Below, in pieces: positions 1 to 8,984 of a DNA stretch of 60,800 nt (position 1 is its first letter; the number at the start of each line of letters is the position of its first letter). The notes beneath the pieces are model-generated. The model ran no database searches, was not told where the DNA came from, and saw only the letters and a list, made by a program, of their open reading frames with translations. Source of the DNA: Synechococcus sp. (GTDB lineage Bacteria > Cyanobacteriota > Cyanobacteriia > Thermostichales > PCC-7336); assembly GCA_051439605.1 (NCBI GenBank), contig JBFRWN010000113.1, forward strand, positions 1 through 60,800, in the 5' to 3' direction. The translations under genes and the position numbers were made by a program.

Positions 1-97
1 GGTTAAGGAGGCAGCATTCTGGTGCTGAGATTTGTAAGTTGAAAGAGCACTTAATACGCTTGCAGTCAATCTTGCGGTAGACCTAGTGATATGAACC

Positions 98-123
98 ATC
101 GAGGGTTTGACAACCCCCTCGAT
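98..123. other. Hairpin in the leader of the nitrilase-like gene
   Basis: ATCGAGGG...CCCTCGAT inverted repeat ending about 65 nt upstream of ATG 188; function unknown. Confidence 0.35.
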
Positions 124-187
124 CTCGATGTGCAGGACAAACCTATAGCGATTGCACTCGCCACTCGATGAGACTGGAGGCTGACTC

Positions 188-1216
188 ATGACGATCGACT
201 CCCACAGAGCATTGGCACTCCAGGTCACCTGTTCGGCTGTGAATCGGGCTGGAGATCGAACTGAAGCGCGATCGCTGATGCAGCAGACCATCGATCGCCT
301 AGCGTCTCAAATTGCCGCCAGCCTTGCCTTTATCGGTCCCGACTGTCGTTTGGTGGTCTTGCCCGAATACCTGCTAACCGGTTTCCCGATGGGGGAGTCC
401 CTGGTCGGTTGGGCAGAAAAAGCTTGCTTGGATATGGACGATCCCTTGTACGACTCTCTGGGGAAAATTGCTCAAACCCACGACATCTTTTTAGCCGGAA
501 ACGCCTACGAACGCGATCCCCATTTTCCGGATCTGTACTTCCAGAGCTGCTTTGCGATCGCACCCACTGGCTCGATTGTTTTGCGATATCGCCGACTTAA
601 TTCCATGTTTGCCCCCACCCCCCACGATGTCTGGGATCGATATCTCGACTGTTACGGCCTGGAGGGCGTTTTTCCCGTGGTTAAAACTGCGATCGGCAAT
701 CTTGCGGCTGTAGCCTCGGATGAAATTTTGTTTCCAGAGGTCGCCCGCTGTTTAGCCATGCGGGGGGCAGAAATTTTTCTGCATCCTACGTCAGAAATTT
801 ACGGCCAGGGACGATCGCCCAAAGACATCGCCAAAATCGCCCGCGCTGTTGAAAATTCAGCCTACGTTATCTCTGCCAATACGGCGGGCATCGCCAATAC
901 CAATATTCCTAGCTCTTCAACAAACGGCGGCTCCCAAATCGTGGACTATCGAGGACTGATTTTGGCTGAGACCGGTGCCGGGGAGAGCATGGCCGCCTTT
1001 GCCGACATCGACCTGGCCGCCCTGCGAAGATATCGCCGTCGGCCGGGGCTAACCAACCTGCTAGCCCGACAGCGACCGGAACTGTATGTTGATTGCTATC
1101 GCCAAGCGCAGATGTATCCTGCCAACACAATGCTGCAGGGTAATGTAGAACGGCAGCACTTTATCCAAACTCAGCGAGACACCATCGCCCATTTAGCCGA
1201 GTTGGGGGTGATTTGA
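188..1216 (+). CDS. Nitrilase-superfamily carbon-nitrogen hydrolase with non-canonical triad
   Basis: VVLPEY, YRRLN, ASDEILFPE, ARAVENSAYV and GGSQIVDYRG motifs of the CN-hydrolase fold; GGAGG SD upstream. Confidence 0.85.
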   Translation: MTIDSHRALALQVTCSAVNRAGDRTEARSLMQQTIDRLASQIAASLAFIGPDCRLVVLPEYLLTGFPMGESLVGWAEKACLDMDDPLYDSLGKIAQTHDIFLAGNAYERDPHFPDLYFQSCFAIAPTGSIVLRYRRLNSMFAPTPHDVWDRYLDCYGLEGVFPVVKTAIGNLAAVASDEILFPEVARCLAMRGAEIFLHPTSEIYGQGRSPKDIAKIARAVENSAYVISANTAGIANTNIPSSSTNGGSQIVDYRGLILAETGAGESMAAFADIDLAALRRYRRRPGLTNLLARQRPELYVDCYRQAQMYPANTMLQGNVERQHFIQTQRDTIAHLAELGVI

Positions 1217-1218
1217 GA

Positions 1219-2640
1219 ATGGCTGGCCCCATTGACGTTCGCAATCCCCGCACGGGGAAGTTCGATTATCGGATTGAACCCCCAGCATCGGATCGATTGG
1301 CTCAGCTTTGCGATCGCTTGCGCAGCGCTCAACAAGATTGGCAAGCTGGAGGGCTGAAACGGCGTATCGAGGCTCTACAGCAGTGGAAGCAGTCCTTGCT
1401 CGATCGCAAAGAGGAGCTGGTTCGAGCGTTAACGGTCGATACGGGCAGACGGACGGAATCGGTGCTCGAACTGGATTCGGTGGTTTCCAGCATCGATCGC
1501 TGGTGTCGGCTAGCCCCCATATTACTGTTGGAAGCTGAGCCTCAGTCCTCCGCAATTCCCTTCATCCAATTACAGCAGCAGCTCGTTCCCTATCCCTTGG
1601 TCGGAGTCATCAGCCCCTGGAATTTTCCGCTGTTACTATCCGCGATCGACACCATTCCGGCTTTGCTGGCAGGCTGTGCCGTAGTCGTGAAACCGAGTGA
1701 AATCGCTCCTCGATTTATCCAACCTTTGGTAGAGGCGATCGCGACTGTCCCTCATCTACGAGATGTCTTGACTTACGTGGAAGGGGCAGGGGAAACGGGG
1801 GCTGCCTTAGTCGGTTGCGTCGATCTGGTTTGCTTTACCGGTAGCGTGGCGACGGGCCGAACAGTGGCAGAGGCCGCAGCTAAACGCTTGATTCCGGCGT
1901 TTTTAGAGTTGGGGGGTAAAGATCCGGCGATCGTGCTGTCCTCTGCCGATATCGAGCTGGCCACCTCAGCCATCCTGTGGGGCTCGACGGTCAATACCGG
2001 TCAATCCTGTCTCTCCATTGAACGAATTTATGTTGACGAAGCAATATTTCAGCCCTTTGTAGAAACGCTGACTCGCAAGGCAAAGCAGTTGCAATTAACC
2101 TATCCAACGGTTGACAGTGGCCAAATCGGTCCCATCATTGCCAAGAAACAGGCGGTGATTATTTCCGCACACCTCAATGAAGCCGTGGCAAAGGGCGCAG
2201 TGGTGCATTGTGGAGGGGCGATCGAAGAATTAGGTGGAGGGCTGTGGTGTCGCCCAACAGTTTTAACAGGGGTGGAGCAATCGATGAAGGTGATGTCAGA
2301 GGAAACCTTCGGCCCGATTATGCCGGTGATGCCGTTTTCGACGATCGAAGCAGGGGTGGAACTGGCCAACGACACAAGCTACGGTCTCAGTGCGGCGGTG
2401 TTTGCCGGAACGGAGTCCGACGCAATCACCATCGGTCGCCGGATCGAGGCGGGTGGCATCAGTATTAACGATGCTGCGCTGACGGCCCTGATCTACGAAG
2501 GGGAGAAGAATGCCTTTAAACAGTCCGGATTAGGGGGGTCGCGCATGGGGCCAGCTTCCTTGAGTCGATTTGTGCGCAAGCAAGCCTTTTTGATCAAAAC
2601 AAACCCAGTCCCCGATCCCTGGTGGTTCGATCTCCGATAA
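1219..2640 (+). CDS. Aldehyde dehydrogenase
   Basis: ISPWNFP, FTGS, LELGGKD, GQSC and EETFGP motifs intact; ATG 2 nt after the upstream stop. Confidence 0.95.
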   Translation: MAGPIDVRNPRTGKFDYRIEPPASDRLAQLCDRLRSAQQDWQAGGLKRRIEALQQWKQSLLDRKEELVRALTVDTGRRTESVLELDSVVSSIDRWCRLAPILLLEAEPQSSAIPFIQLQQQLVPYPLVGVISPWNFPLLLSAIDTIPALLAGCAVVVKPSEIAPRFIQPLVEAIATVPHLRDVLTYVEGAGETGAALVGCVDLVCFTGSVATGRTVAEAAAKRLIPAFLELGGKDPAIVLSSADIELATSAILWGSTVNTGQSCLSIERIYVDEAIFQPFVETLTRKAKQLQLTYPTVDSGQIGPIIAKKQAVIISAHLNEAVAKGAVVHCGGAIEELGGGLWCRPTVLTGVEQSMKVMSEETFGPIMPVMPFSTIEAGVELANDTSYGLSAAVFAGTESDAITIGRRIEAGGISINDAALTALIYEGEKNAFKQSGLGGSRMGPASLSRFVRKQAFLIKTNPVPDPWWFDLR

Positions 2641-2675
2641 GGCGTTATTAGTAGGCCCTGACAGCGATTATCCCC

Positions 2676-3650
2676 ATGAGAGCAGCACTCATTCACGCAT
2701 ATAACGGTCCAGCTTCTGTCCGAGTTGAGGAGGTGGAGGTACCGGAACCAGGTGCGGGGGAAGTCAGGATTCGGGTGGCGGCTGCAGGGATGAACAACTC
2801 CGACCTGCAGACCACCTATGGCGCTTACCGAGGATACGGTCACAAGGGACTGCCCCATATTCTGGGTCAAGAGGCTGCGGGGTGGGTGGATGCAGTGGGA
2901 TTGGATGTGACGGAATTCGTGCCCGGCATGCGCGTAGTCGGCCACGTCAGCGGTGCCTTTGCCGAAATGGCGATCGCTCCTGCAGCCGAGTTGCTAGCGC
3001 TGCCCGATGACATTTCGTTTGAGGTGGCAGCCAGTCTTCCCATCGCCTATCTGACAGCTTGTATGGCACTCGTTCATAAAGCCAAGGTCAAAGCTGGTGA
3101 ATGGGTGCTCGTACATCCAGGAAGTGGAGGGGTGGGGACGGCGGCGATTCAACTGGCCAAGCTGCTGGGGGCACAAGTCATGGCAACCGCAGGGACGGCA
3201 GCTAAGGTGGACTACCTGATCGAACTGGGGGTCGACTGCGCGATCGATCGCAGCACTCTGGATGTGGTCTCCGAAGTTCGCAAGATTGTCGGGGATGCTG
3301 GAGTTGAGGTGGCTCTCGATGGTGGGGGGAAAGTGACGTTGCCGGAGTGTTTGGAGTGCATCGCTAACAATGGCCGAATTGTCTCGTACGGTTACACAAC
3401 GGGGATGAAAGCAACTTGGCCCATCGCTAAAGCGATCGGGCGCAACGTCACCCTCTACAGCATTGCCCTCTGGTACAACTGTGACTATCAAGTCACACTG
3501 GAAACCCTGGGCAATCTTGTCCTTCCAGCCGCTGCTGAAGGCAAATTACGGCCAACCATTGATGAGGTGATCGATCTGGATGGTGTGTCTGATGCGTTAG
3601 TTCGAATTGAGAAGCGCGGTCTGAGGGGGAAGATTGTTGTACTTCCATAA
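2676..3650 (+). CDS. Zinc-independent MDR / NADPH:quinone oxidoreductase-type reductase
   Basis: AAGMNNSD, LGQEAAG, GSGGVGTAAIQLAK and C-terminal GKIVV; no Zn-ligand cysteines. Confidence 0.9.
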   Translation: MRAALIHAYNGPASVRVEEVEVPEPGAGEVRIRVAAAGMNNSDLQTTYGAYRGYGHKGLPHILGQEAAGWVDAVGLDVTEFVPGMRVVGHVSGAFAEMAIAPAAELLALPDDISFEVAASLPIAYLTACMALVHKAKVKAGEWVLVHPGSGGVGTAAIQLAKLLGAQVMATAGTAAKVDYLIELGVDCAIDRSTLDVVSEVRKIVGDAGVEVALDGGGKVTLPECLECIANNGRIVSYGYTTGMKATWPIAKAIGRNVTLYSIALWYNCDYQVTLETLGNLVLPAAAEGKLRPTIDEVIDLDGVSDALVRIEKRGLRGKIVVLP

Positions 3651-3733
3651 GCTTGAATAGCGAATTCATTTCTGAAGTGCACAATCAAATTTGAAATCGA
3701 TTGAGTTTGACTTTTTAAATATGAGGATATTCC

Positions 3734-4180
3734 ATGTCTACTATCCGAGATGAAATGCCCGTACTGGTTCGGCACGAAGGCACGTGGGAAGGTTCGTATA
3801 CCGTTATCGATAATGATTGCAAGATTATCGACCAACACAAGTCCCGTGTCACCTGCGAATTTCCCAAAGATGCTGCTTCGCCTTACTTTCAAACCAATCG
3901 ATACGAATGGCCCGATGGCCAGGTTCAGGAGTATCAGTTTCCAGGGGACTACTGCGACAAAAAACTCTGGTTTGACACAGAACGAATTGAAGGAAAGGCT
4001 TGGGAAGCTGACGATTCAATCATTATCTTGTGGTTTAGTTACAAAGATATACCAGATGCCTATGTTTATGAAATGATTCATATTAGCCCTTGTAACAATC
4101 ATCGCGCCCGCACCTGGCACTGGTTTAAAAATGGTGAAATTTATCAGCGAACTCTGATTAAAGAAGAGCGAATACGATAA
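3734..4180 (+). CDS. DUF3598-like small beta-barrel protein
   Basis: RHEGTWEGSY start and RARTWHWFKNG...RTLIKEER end, typical of calycin/FABP-like barrels; GAGGA SD. Confidence 0.7.
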   Translation: MSTIRDEMPVLVRHEGTWEGSYTVIDNDCKIIDQHKSRVTCEFPKDAASPYFQTNRYEWPDGQVQEYQFPGDYCDKKLWFDTERIEGKAWEADDSIIILWFSYKDIPDAYVYEMIHISPCNNHRARTWHWFKNGEIYQRTLIKEERIR

Positions 4181-4215
4181 GAATATCTGACTCATTAGAA
4201 AGTTAGGATGTCAAG

Positions 4216-5034
4216 ATGGAACACCGAATCGAGAGGGCATTCCTAGATTTTGAAGATGGGCAGATTCATTACCGCATCGCAGGAGAAGGCGATCCCCTAC
4301 TGTTGCTGCACATGACCCCTCGCAGTAGCGATGAATTCCGGGAATTGATGCCAATTCTGGCTCAAAACAGATGTGCGATCGCAATGGATTTAATGGGTTT
4401 AGGCGATTCTGACCGTCCTCCCCGAGTTTATTCTGTAGCGGACTATGCCAAAACAGCGATCGCACTATTGGATCAATTAGGTGTCAAAAAAAGCAGCATT
4501 CTCGGAAATCTTACAGGGGGATATATCGCAGGAGAAATAGCAGCGACCTATCCCGATCGGGTTGATAAACTTATCCTTTGCAATGTATTTGGATTTGACG
4601 AAGAAGAGAGAGACAAAATATTGCAGAGGTACACTGAAGGGTTTGCCATTAAAGATGATGGTTCCCACTTATTAGAACGATGGTTAGCTCGCGTCAATTA
4701 TGTCGGCAAGGGGCAATTAAATCACCGCTGTGTTATCGACGATCTGAAATGCTTTGGCTCTCCCGTATACACCGGTTTGGCTGTGGCAAACTATTGCCTT
4801 ACAGCCAAAGAACGATTTCAGTTAATTAAATGCCCCACTCTGATTTTGTCTGGCGAAAATGCTTTAGAACCATTAGAAAACGCTGGTTTAGCAAAGACTG
4901 AGAATCAACTTTGGCTATCGGAAGCAATTCCCCATAGTCAAAGGGTCGAACTGGGAGACGGAACCCTCTGGATGATGAATCAAATGCCTGAGGAAGTATC
5001 GCAAATTGTCGTCAATTTTCTGGAAAGCTATTAG
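4216..5034 (+). CDS. Alpha/beta-hydrolase fold protein, paralog 1, atypical elbow GNLTG
   Basis: PLLLLH, DLMGLGDSD, YPDRVDKLIL and PTLILSG motifs. Confidence 0.9.
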   Translation: MEHRIERAFLDFEDGQIHYRIAGEGDPLLLLHMTPRSSDEFRELMPILAQNRCAIAMDLMGLGDSDRPPRVYSVADYAKTAIALLDQLGVKKSSILGNLTGGYIAGEIAATYPDRVDKLILCNVFGFDEEERDKILQRYTEGFAIKDDGSHLLERWLARVNYVGKGQLNHRCVIDDLKCFGSPVYTGLAVANYCLTAKERFQLIKCPTLILSGENALEPLENAGLAKTENQLWLSEAIPHSQRVELGDGTLWMMNQMPEEVSQIVVNFLESY

Positions 5035-5044
5035 GAGGAAGACA

Positions 5045-5968
5045 ATGCAAAACAACCTACCGCTGATTATCGAGTGTCGTTGCAACGACATGGACTACCG
5101 CCAAGATAATCCCGCTTTTCCTTACAGTCCGCAGGAGATCGTCCGGGAAGCAGTTCGAGCTTGGGAAGCGGGAGCCTCGATTTTTCACTGGCACGGGCGC
5201 GATCCAGTTAGTGGAGAGTGGATCAACGACGTTGAACTCTATCTTGAAGTGATTCAGGGCATCCGGGAAAAGACCGATCTGATTGTCGATCCGACGCTTG
5301 GCTACATCACCACGCAGAAGAGTGTCGAGGATCGCGTCCGCCATATTTTAGCTGCGAAGAACGATCCAGCACTCGGAGTTGACATGGTCCCTCTGGAATT
5401 TGGTTCGTTCAATGTGGACTTTTGGGACCCACAAAGCAAGCAATTCAAGACGTACGACCAAGTTTATGCCAATTCTCGGGCTCACATTCAGGGGGTGCTA
5501 GAGATACTGAAGGAGCACAATATTTACGTCAGTTGCGCCTGTTGGAACATCGGCCAGATTAGGGCGGCACGTTGCTTTCAAGAGATGGGCTTCCTGTCAC
5601 ACAATACGTTCTGGGAGTTTGTCTTCACCGGAGAAATTATGCCAGCTGGTGCTCTGGGGACGTTCTCTGGTGTGCAGGCGATGGTGGATGCCATTCCCCC
5701 TGCCGAACCGTGGTTGGTCATGTGTTGGAATGGGGATGTCATGCGTTTGGCATCATGGGCAATTACGATGGGAGGCCACGTCGGCATTGGACTCGGAGAT
5801 TGGCCCTACAACCGCTTCGGAACCCCGCACAACGGCGATCTCGTGGAGATGGTTGCCAAGATGGCGCATACCCTCGATCGCGAGGTTGCCACACCAGCTC
5901 AAGCTCGGGAAATCCTGAAGATGTCGCCTCGATCGCAACTAGCAACTGAGGCGGTGCCATCGGCATAG
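5045..5968 (+). CDS. DUF849 / beta-keto-acid cleavage enzyme (BKACE/Kce) family protein, atypical
   Basis: PYSPQEI, AGASIFHWHGRD, GGHVGIGLGD and REVATPAQAREIL; start placed at ATG 5045 after AGGAGG. Confidence 0.85.
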   Translation: MQNNLPLIIECRCNDMDYRQDNPAFPYSPQEIVREAVRAWEAGASIFHWHGRDPVSGEWINDVELYLEVIQGIREKTDLIVDPTLGYITTQKSVEDRVRHILAAKNDPALGVDMVPLEFGSFNVDFWDPQSKQFKTYDQVYANSRAHIQGVLEILKEHNIYVSCACWNIGQIRAARCFQEMGFLSHNTFWEFVFTGEIMPAGALGTFSGVQAMVDAIPPAEPWLVMCWNGDVMRLASWAITMGGHVGIGLGDWPYNRFGTPHNGDLVEMVAKMAHTLDREVATPAQAREILKMSPRSQLATEAVPSA

Positions 5969-6013
5969 ATGTCAAATAGGGTGGGCAATAGCGATAGGGG
6001 TCTGGATTGACAG

Positions 6014-6847
6014 ATGAGCAAGAAAATTAAACGGGCATTTTTAGACACAGAAGACGGACAGATTCTTTACCGCATCGGTGGAGAAGGCGAGCCATTGCTC
6101 TTACTGCACATGAATCCTCGCAGCAGCGATGAATTTCGCGAGTTGATGCCCATCCTTGCTCGAAATAGACGAGTCATCGCAATGGATTTGATGGGGTTTG
6201 GCGATTCCGACAAGCCACCCAGAATGTACACAATTGCCGATTATGCCAATACTGTAATTGCACTATTAGACGAATTAGATATCAACAAGACGAGCATTTT
6301 AGGCAACCATACAGGGGCTTTTGTCGCGGGAGAGGTGGCGGCAGCCTATCCCGATCGGGTTGACAAACTTGTATTGGGAAATGTGCCTGGATTTGGAGAA
6401 GAAGGGAAAGCCAAGCTATTTGAGTTGTTCGATATCGGCTTCAAAATCAAAGACGATGGTTCCCACTTAATGCAAAGATGGCAGGCCCGTTCCAGATACG
6501 TCGGATCTGCCGAGCTCAACCACCGATGGGTTTTAGACGACTTAAAATGTTTTGGCCATCCTTTATACGCCGTTTGGGCCGTGGGAGAATACTGTCTGGA
6601 TGCTGAAGATAGATTGCGAGCGATCGCATGTCCAACACTCATCATGTGGGGAATGGAAGACGTGCGAGAATTTGAGCGCCTCGGCTTGGCAAAACCTGAA
6701 AATCGCTATTTTGTCTCTCAAGCTATTCCCCACGGCAAGGTGGTTGAATTTGAACAGGGGACCATCTGCATGATGAACCAGATGCCTGAAGAGGTATCCA
6801 AGGTTGTCATCGATTTCCTAAATCATTCGGAATCGCCCAGCCTCTAA
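6014..6847 (+). CDS. Alpha/beta-hydrolase fold protein, paralog 2, atypical elbow GNHTG
   Basis: Collinear homolog of 4216-5034 with the same motifs. Confidence 0.9.
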   Translation: MSKKIKRAFLDTEDGQILYRIGGEGEPLLLLHMNPRSSDEFRELMPILARNRRVIAMDLMGFGDSDKPPRMYTIADYANTVIALLDELDINKTSILGNHTGAFVAGEVAAAYPDRVDKLVLGNVPGFGEEGKAKLFELFDIGFKIKDDGSHLMQRWQARSRYVGSAELNHRWVLDDLKCFGHPLYAVWAVGEYCLDAEDRLRAIACPTLIMWGMEDVREFERLGLAKPENRYFVSQAIPHGKVVEFEQGTICMMNQMPEEVSKVVIDFLNHSESPSL

Positions 6848-7263
6848 CGGTCGAGGACTGCCGTACACTTAATCTCTACGATTAGCCCTGGCGTAGATAA
6901 ACCCGTCACCCCAACTCCCGTCCAGGTGGGGAATTGATGGGTGAAGTACCGATCTTTAACCTGCATAAACAGCGGCAGGTGAGGAATTGTCACTGGAGTT
7001 TTCTCTGCTTCGGTCACGTGGTAAGTCATCATCTCGACGACATCATCGAACGTGGCGCCTGCAGCCGACAGTACCTTTTTCACATTCTCGAACGCTTGTA
7101 CAAATTGAGCTTCTAGTTCTTCGACAACTTGTAAATTCTCATCGCGTCCCACCTGCCCCGAGATATACAGCGTATTCCCGACCTTAATGCCAGGGCAATA
7201 GCGATACTTCTCGTATAAGATTTCCATCCCTGGCGGGATAATGACGTCGCGGGTTGTGCTCAT
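6844..7263 (-). CDS. Rid (RidA/YjgF) family protein, Arg-less Rid4-7 type
   Basis: LYISGQVG, AFENVKKVLSAAG, PTWTGVGV and VEIKCTA motifs. Confidence 0.85.
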   Translation of the reverse strand: MSTTRDVIIPPGMEILYEKYRYCPGIKVGNTLYISGQVGRDENLQVVEELEAQFVQAFENVKKVLSAAGATFDDVVEMMTYHVTEAEKTPVTIPHLPLFMQVKDRYFTHQFPTWTGVGVTGLSTPGLIVEIKCTAVLDR

Positions 7264-7337
7264 GGCAAATATCCTCGATATCCTCTCGTCGATCGACGTA
7301 ATGTACTACTGGAGATGAAACCTCTGAGGTCAAGCTC

Positions 7338-8129
7338 GTGAAAGTCGCACTGCTCACTGGAGGCACTCGCGGCATTGGTTTAGCGATCGCTCGCAAGCTG
7401 GCAAGTGACAGCTTCAATCTTATCCTCGGCTACCGTTCCGATCGCCAAGCTGCTCTTGCAGCCAAGACCGACTTAGAAACCTATAACGTCAAGGTTGTGA
7501 CGGTGGCGGGAGACGTCAAGGAGAGCGAGACAGTTGACTCCCTGTTCGAGGCGGTCGAAGTAGACTTTGGCGGTCAGCTGACTGCCTTCGTGCACGTGGC
7601 TGGGTATGCCATTACGGCCACGCTACCGGCTGGATTCACGTTCGAACAATACGAGGAGGCTCAGAGTCTTTATCCAAAGGCGTTTCTGAGGTGCATGGAG
7701 AAAGCGGTGAGGTATATGCCTGACAGGGAGGGACGGGCGATCGCTATTTCTGCCAGTGGTGTGCACAATCCTGGCAAAGTCTATGCCATGTCTGCACCTG
7801 CAAAAGCTGGAATGGAGGTATTGGCTAAGCACTACGCGATCGCCCTGGCTCCGCGGGGCATTACGGTCAACATCGTAACGCCGGGCTATGTCAAAACTCA
7901 GGCGTGGGACGGATATCTGGACGCTTTACCCGAAATCGCTCGGGTCCCCCAACAGAGCACCCCCATGGGGAGATGGGGGCAGCCGGAAGATATTGCCCCC
8001 TTGGTCGCTTTCCTATGCTCTCAAGACAGCGGATTCATTACAGGACAACATATTTACGTGGATGGGGGGTTAAGCCTTTCTTTGTTTTGGAACATTCATC
8101 GGATGAGCGACAATTCCCAGTCCGATTAG
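7338..8129 (+). CDS. SDR oxidoreductase, divergent enoyl-reductase-like type
   Basis: TGGTRGIG, Y-x6-K (YAMSAPAK), VNIVTPG and ITGQHIYVDGG. Confidence 0.88.
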   Translation: MKVALLTGGTRGIGLAIARKLASDSFNLILGYRSDRQAALAAKTDLETYNVKVVTVAGDVKESETVDSLFEAVEVDFGGQLTAFVHVAGYAITATLPAGFTFEQYEEAQSLYPKAFLRCMEKAVRYMPDREGRAIAISASGVHNPGKVYAMSAPAKAGMEVLAKHYAIALAPRGITVNIVTPGYVKTQAWDGYLDALPEIARVPQQSTPMGRWGQPEDIAPLVAFLCSQDSGFITGQHIYVDGGLSLSLFWNIHRMSDNSQSD

Positions 8130-8179
8130 TCAGAGATCCTAACCGTGATATCTGTGAATGTTTAGAATTATGGCATCTT

Positions 8180-8977
8180 TCATTCGCCATAAGATGACAC
8201 TGCCCCTGTTTGTGATAAATCGCGATCGACGCGAACAAAAAATAAGCCACCTGCCTCTGTCTTATGTCTAGGAACAGTTGAAAAGCTAGGACAATAACTG
8301 AAATGATTTTTGGCGAATCTGTAATTTCCGATATCGCAATACCCAAATAAGCCGTATGACTTTTCGTTATAGGCTTGAATCATGGCATGCCTGCCATCGT
8401 AATGCGGCAAAATAGCGATTAGCCAAGTTCCACCCCCATTTTTATCTTTTCTGAGCCACTTCTTTTTGGAGGTCTCAAACTGAACTGTTTCAGTCTTGCC
8501 CCACGGCAACAATGTGCTATCCAAAGCTGGAATAAAGTCTCTTAATCTGGTGTCAGGGCGATCGCCTTGTGCGGCTTCGTAGCTAAGGGGAACAGGCCCG
8601 TTCTCCATCCACAGAAGGTCCGCATTCTCTCCACCCAGCACTTTCCAAGGACCTATATTGACTCCAGCCGGAATGAAGGAATAACCATGCTTGCCCAGTT
8701 TCCACTCTCCTATTTGGATTGCGCCCGACAGCACAAAAATCTCTACATCGGCAGAGAATATTCCAGAGGGAGCCTCAAAATTTTGCGGCAGCATCACTCT
8801 TGAAGTGGATGCTCCGGAATCACGCCAAGTCAGCAATCGACGTTTGCCCGCTATCACCCCTGCGGACATGCCATCGATGCGCCATTCCCGTTCCGCTACG
8901 GCATTGGTATCAAAAAACTGGTATTGCCGAGGTCGGTAGTCATCCGAGCTTGCTGTGGTTCTTCCCGATAAGTTCAT
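8180..8977 (-). CDS. Bicupin protein (DUF4437-like)
   Basis: Two cupin-like repeats (VEIFVLSG..IG...YSFIPAG; G..DIG...FSYCP); family recognised by eye. Confidence 0.6.
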   Translation of the reverse strand: MNLSGRTTASSDDYRPRQYQFFDTNAVAEREWRIDGMSAGVIAGKRRLLTWRDSGASTSRVMLPQNFEAPSGIFSADVEIFVLSGAIQIGEWKLGKHGYSFIPAGVNIGPWKVLGGENADLLWMENGPVPLSYEAAQGDRPDTRLRDFIPALDSTLLPWGKTETVQFETSKKKWLRKDKNGGGTWLIAILPHYDGRHAMIQAYNEKSYGLFGYCDIGNYRFAKNHFSYCPSFSTVPRHKTEAGGLFFVRVDRDLSQTGAVSSYGE

Positions 8978-8984
8978 CTGCCTC

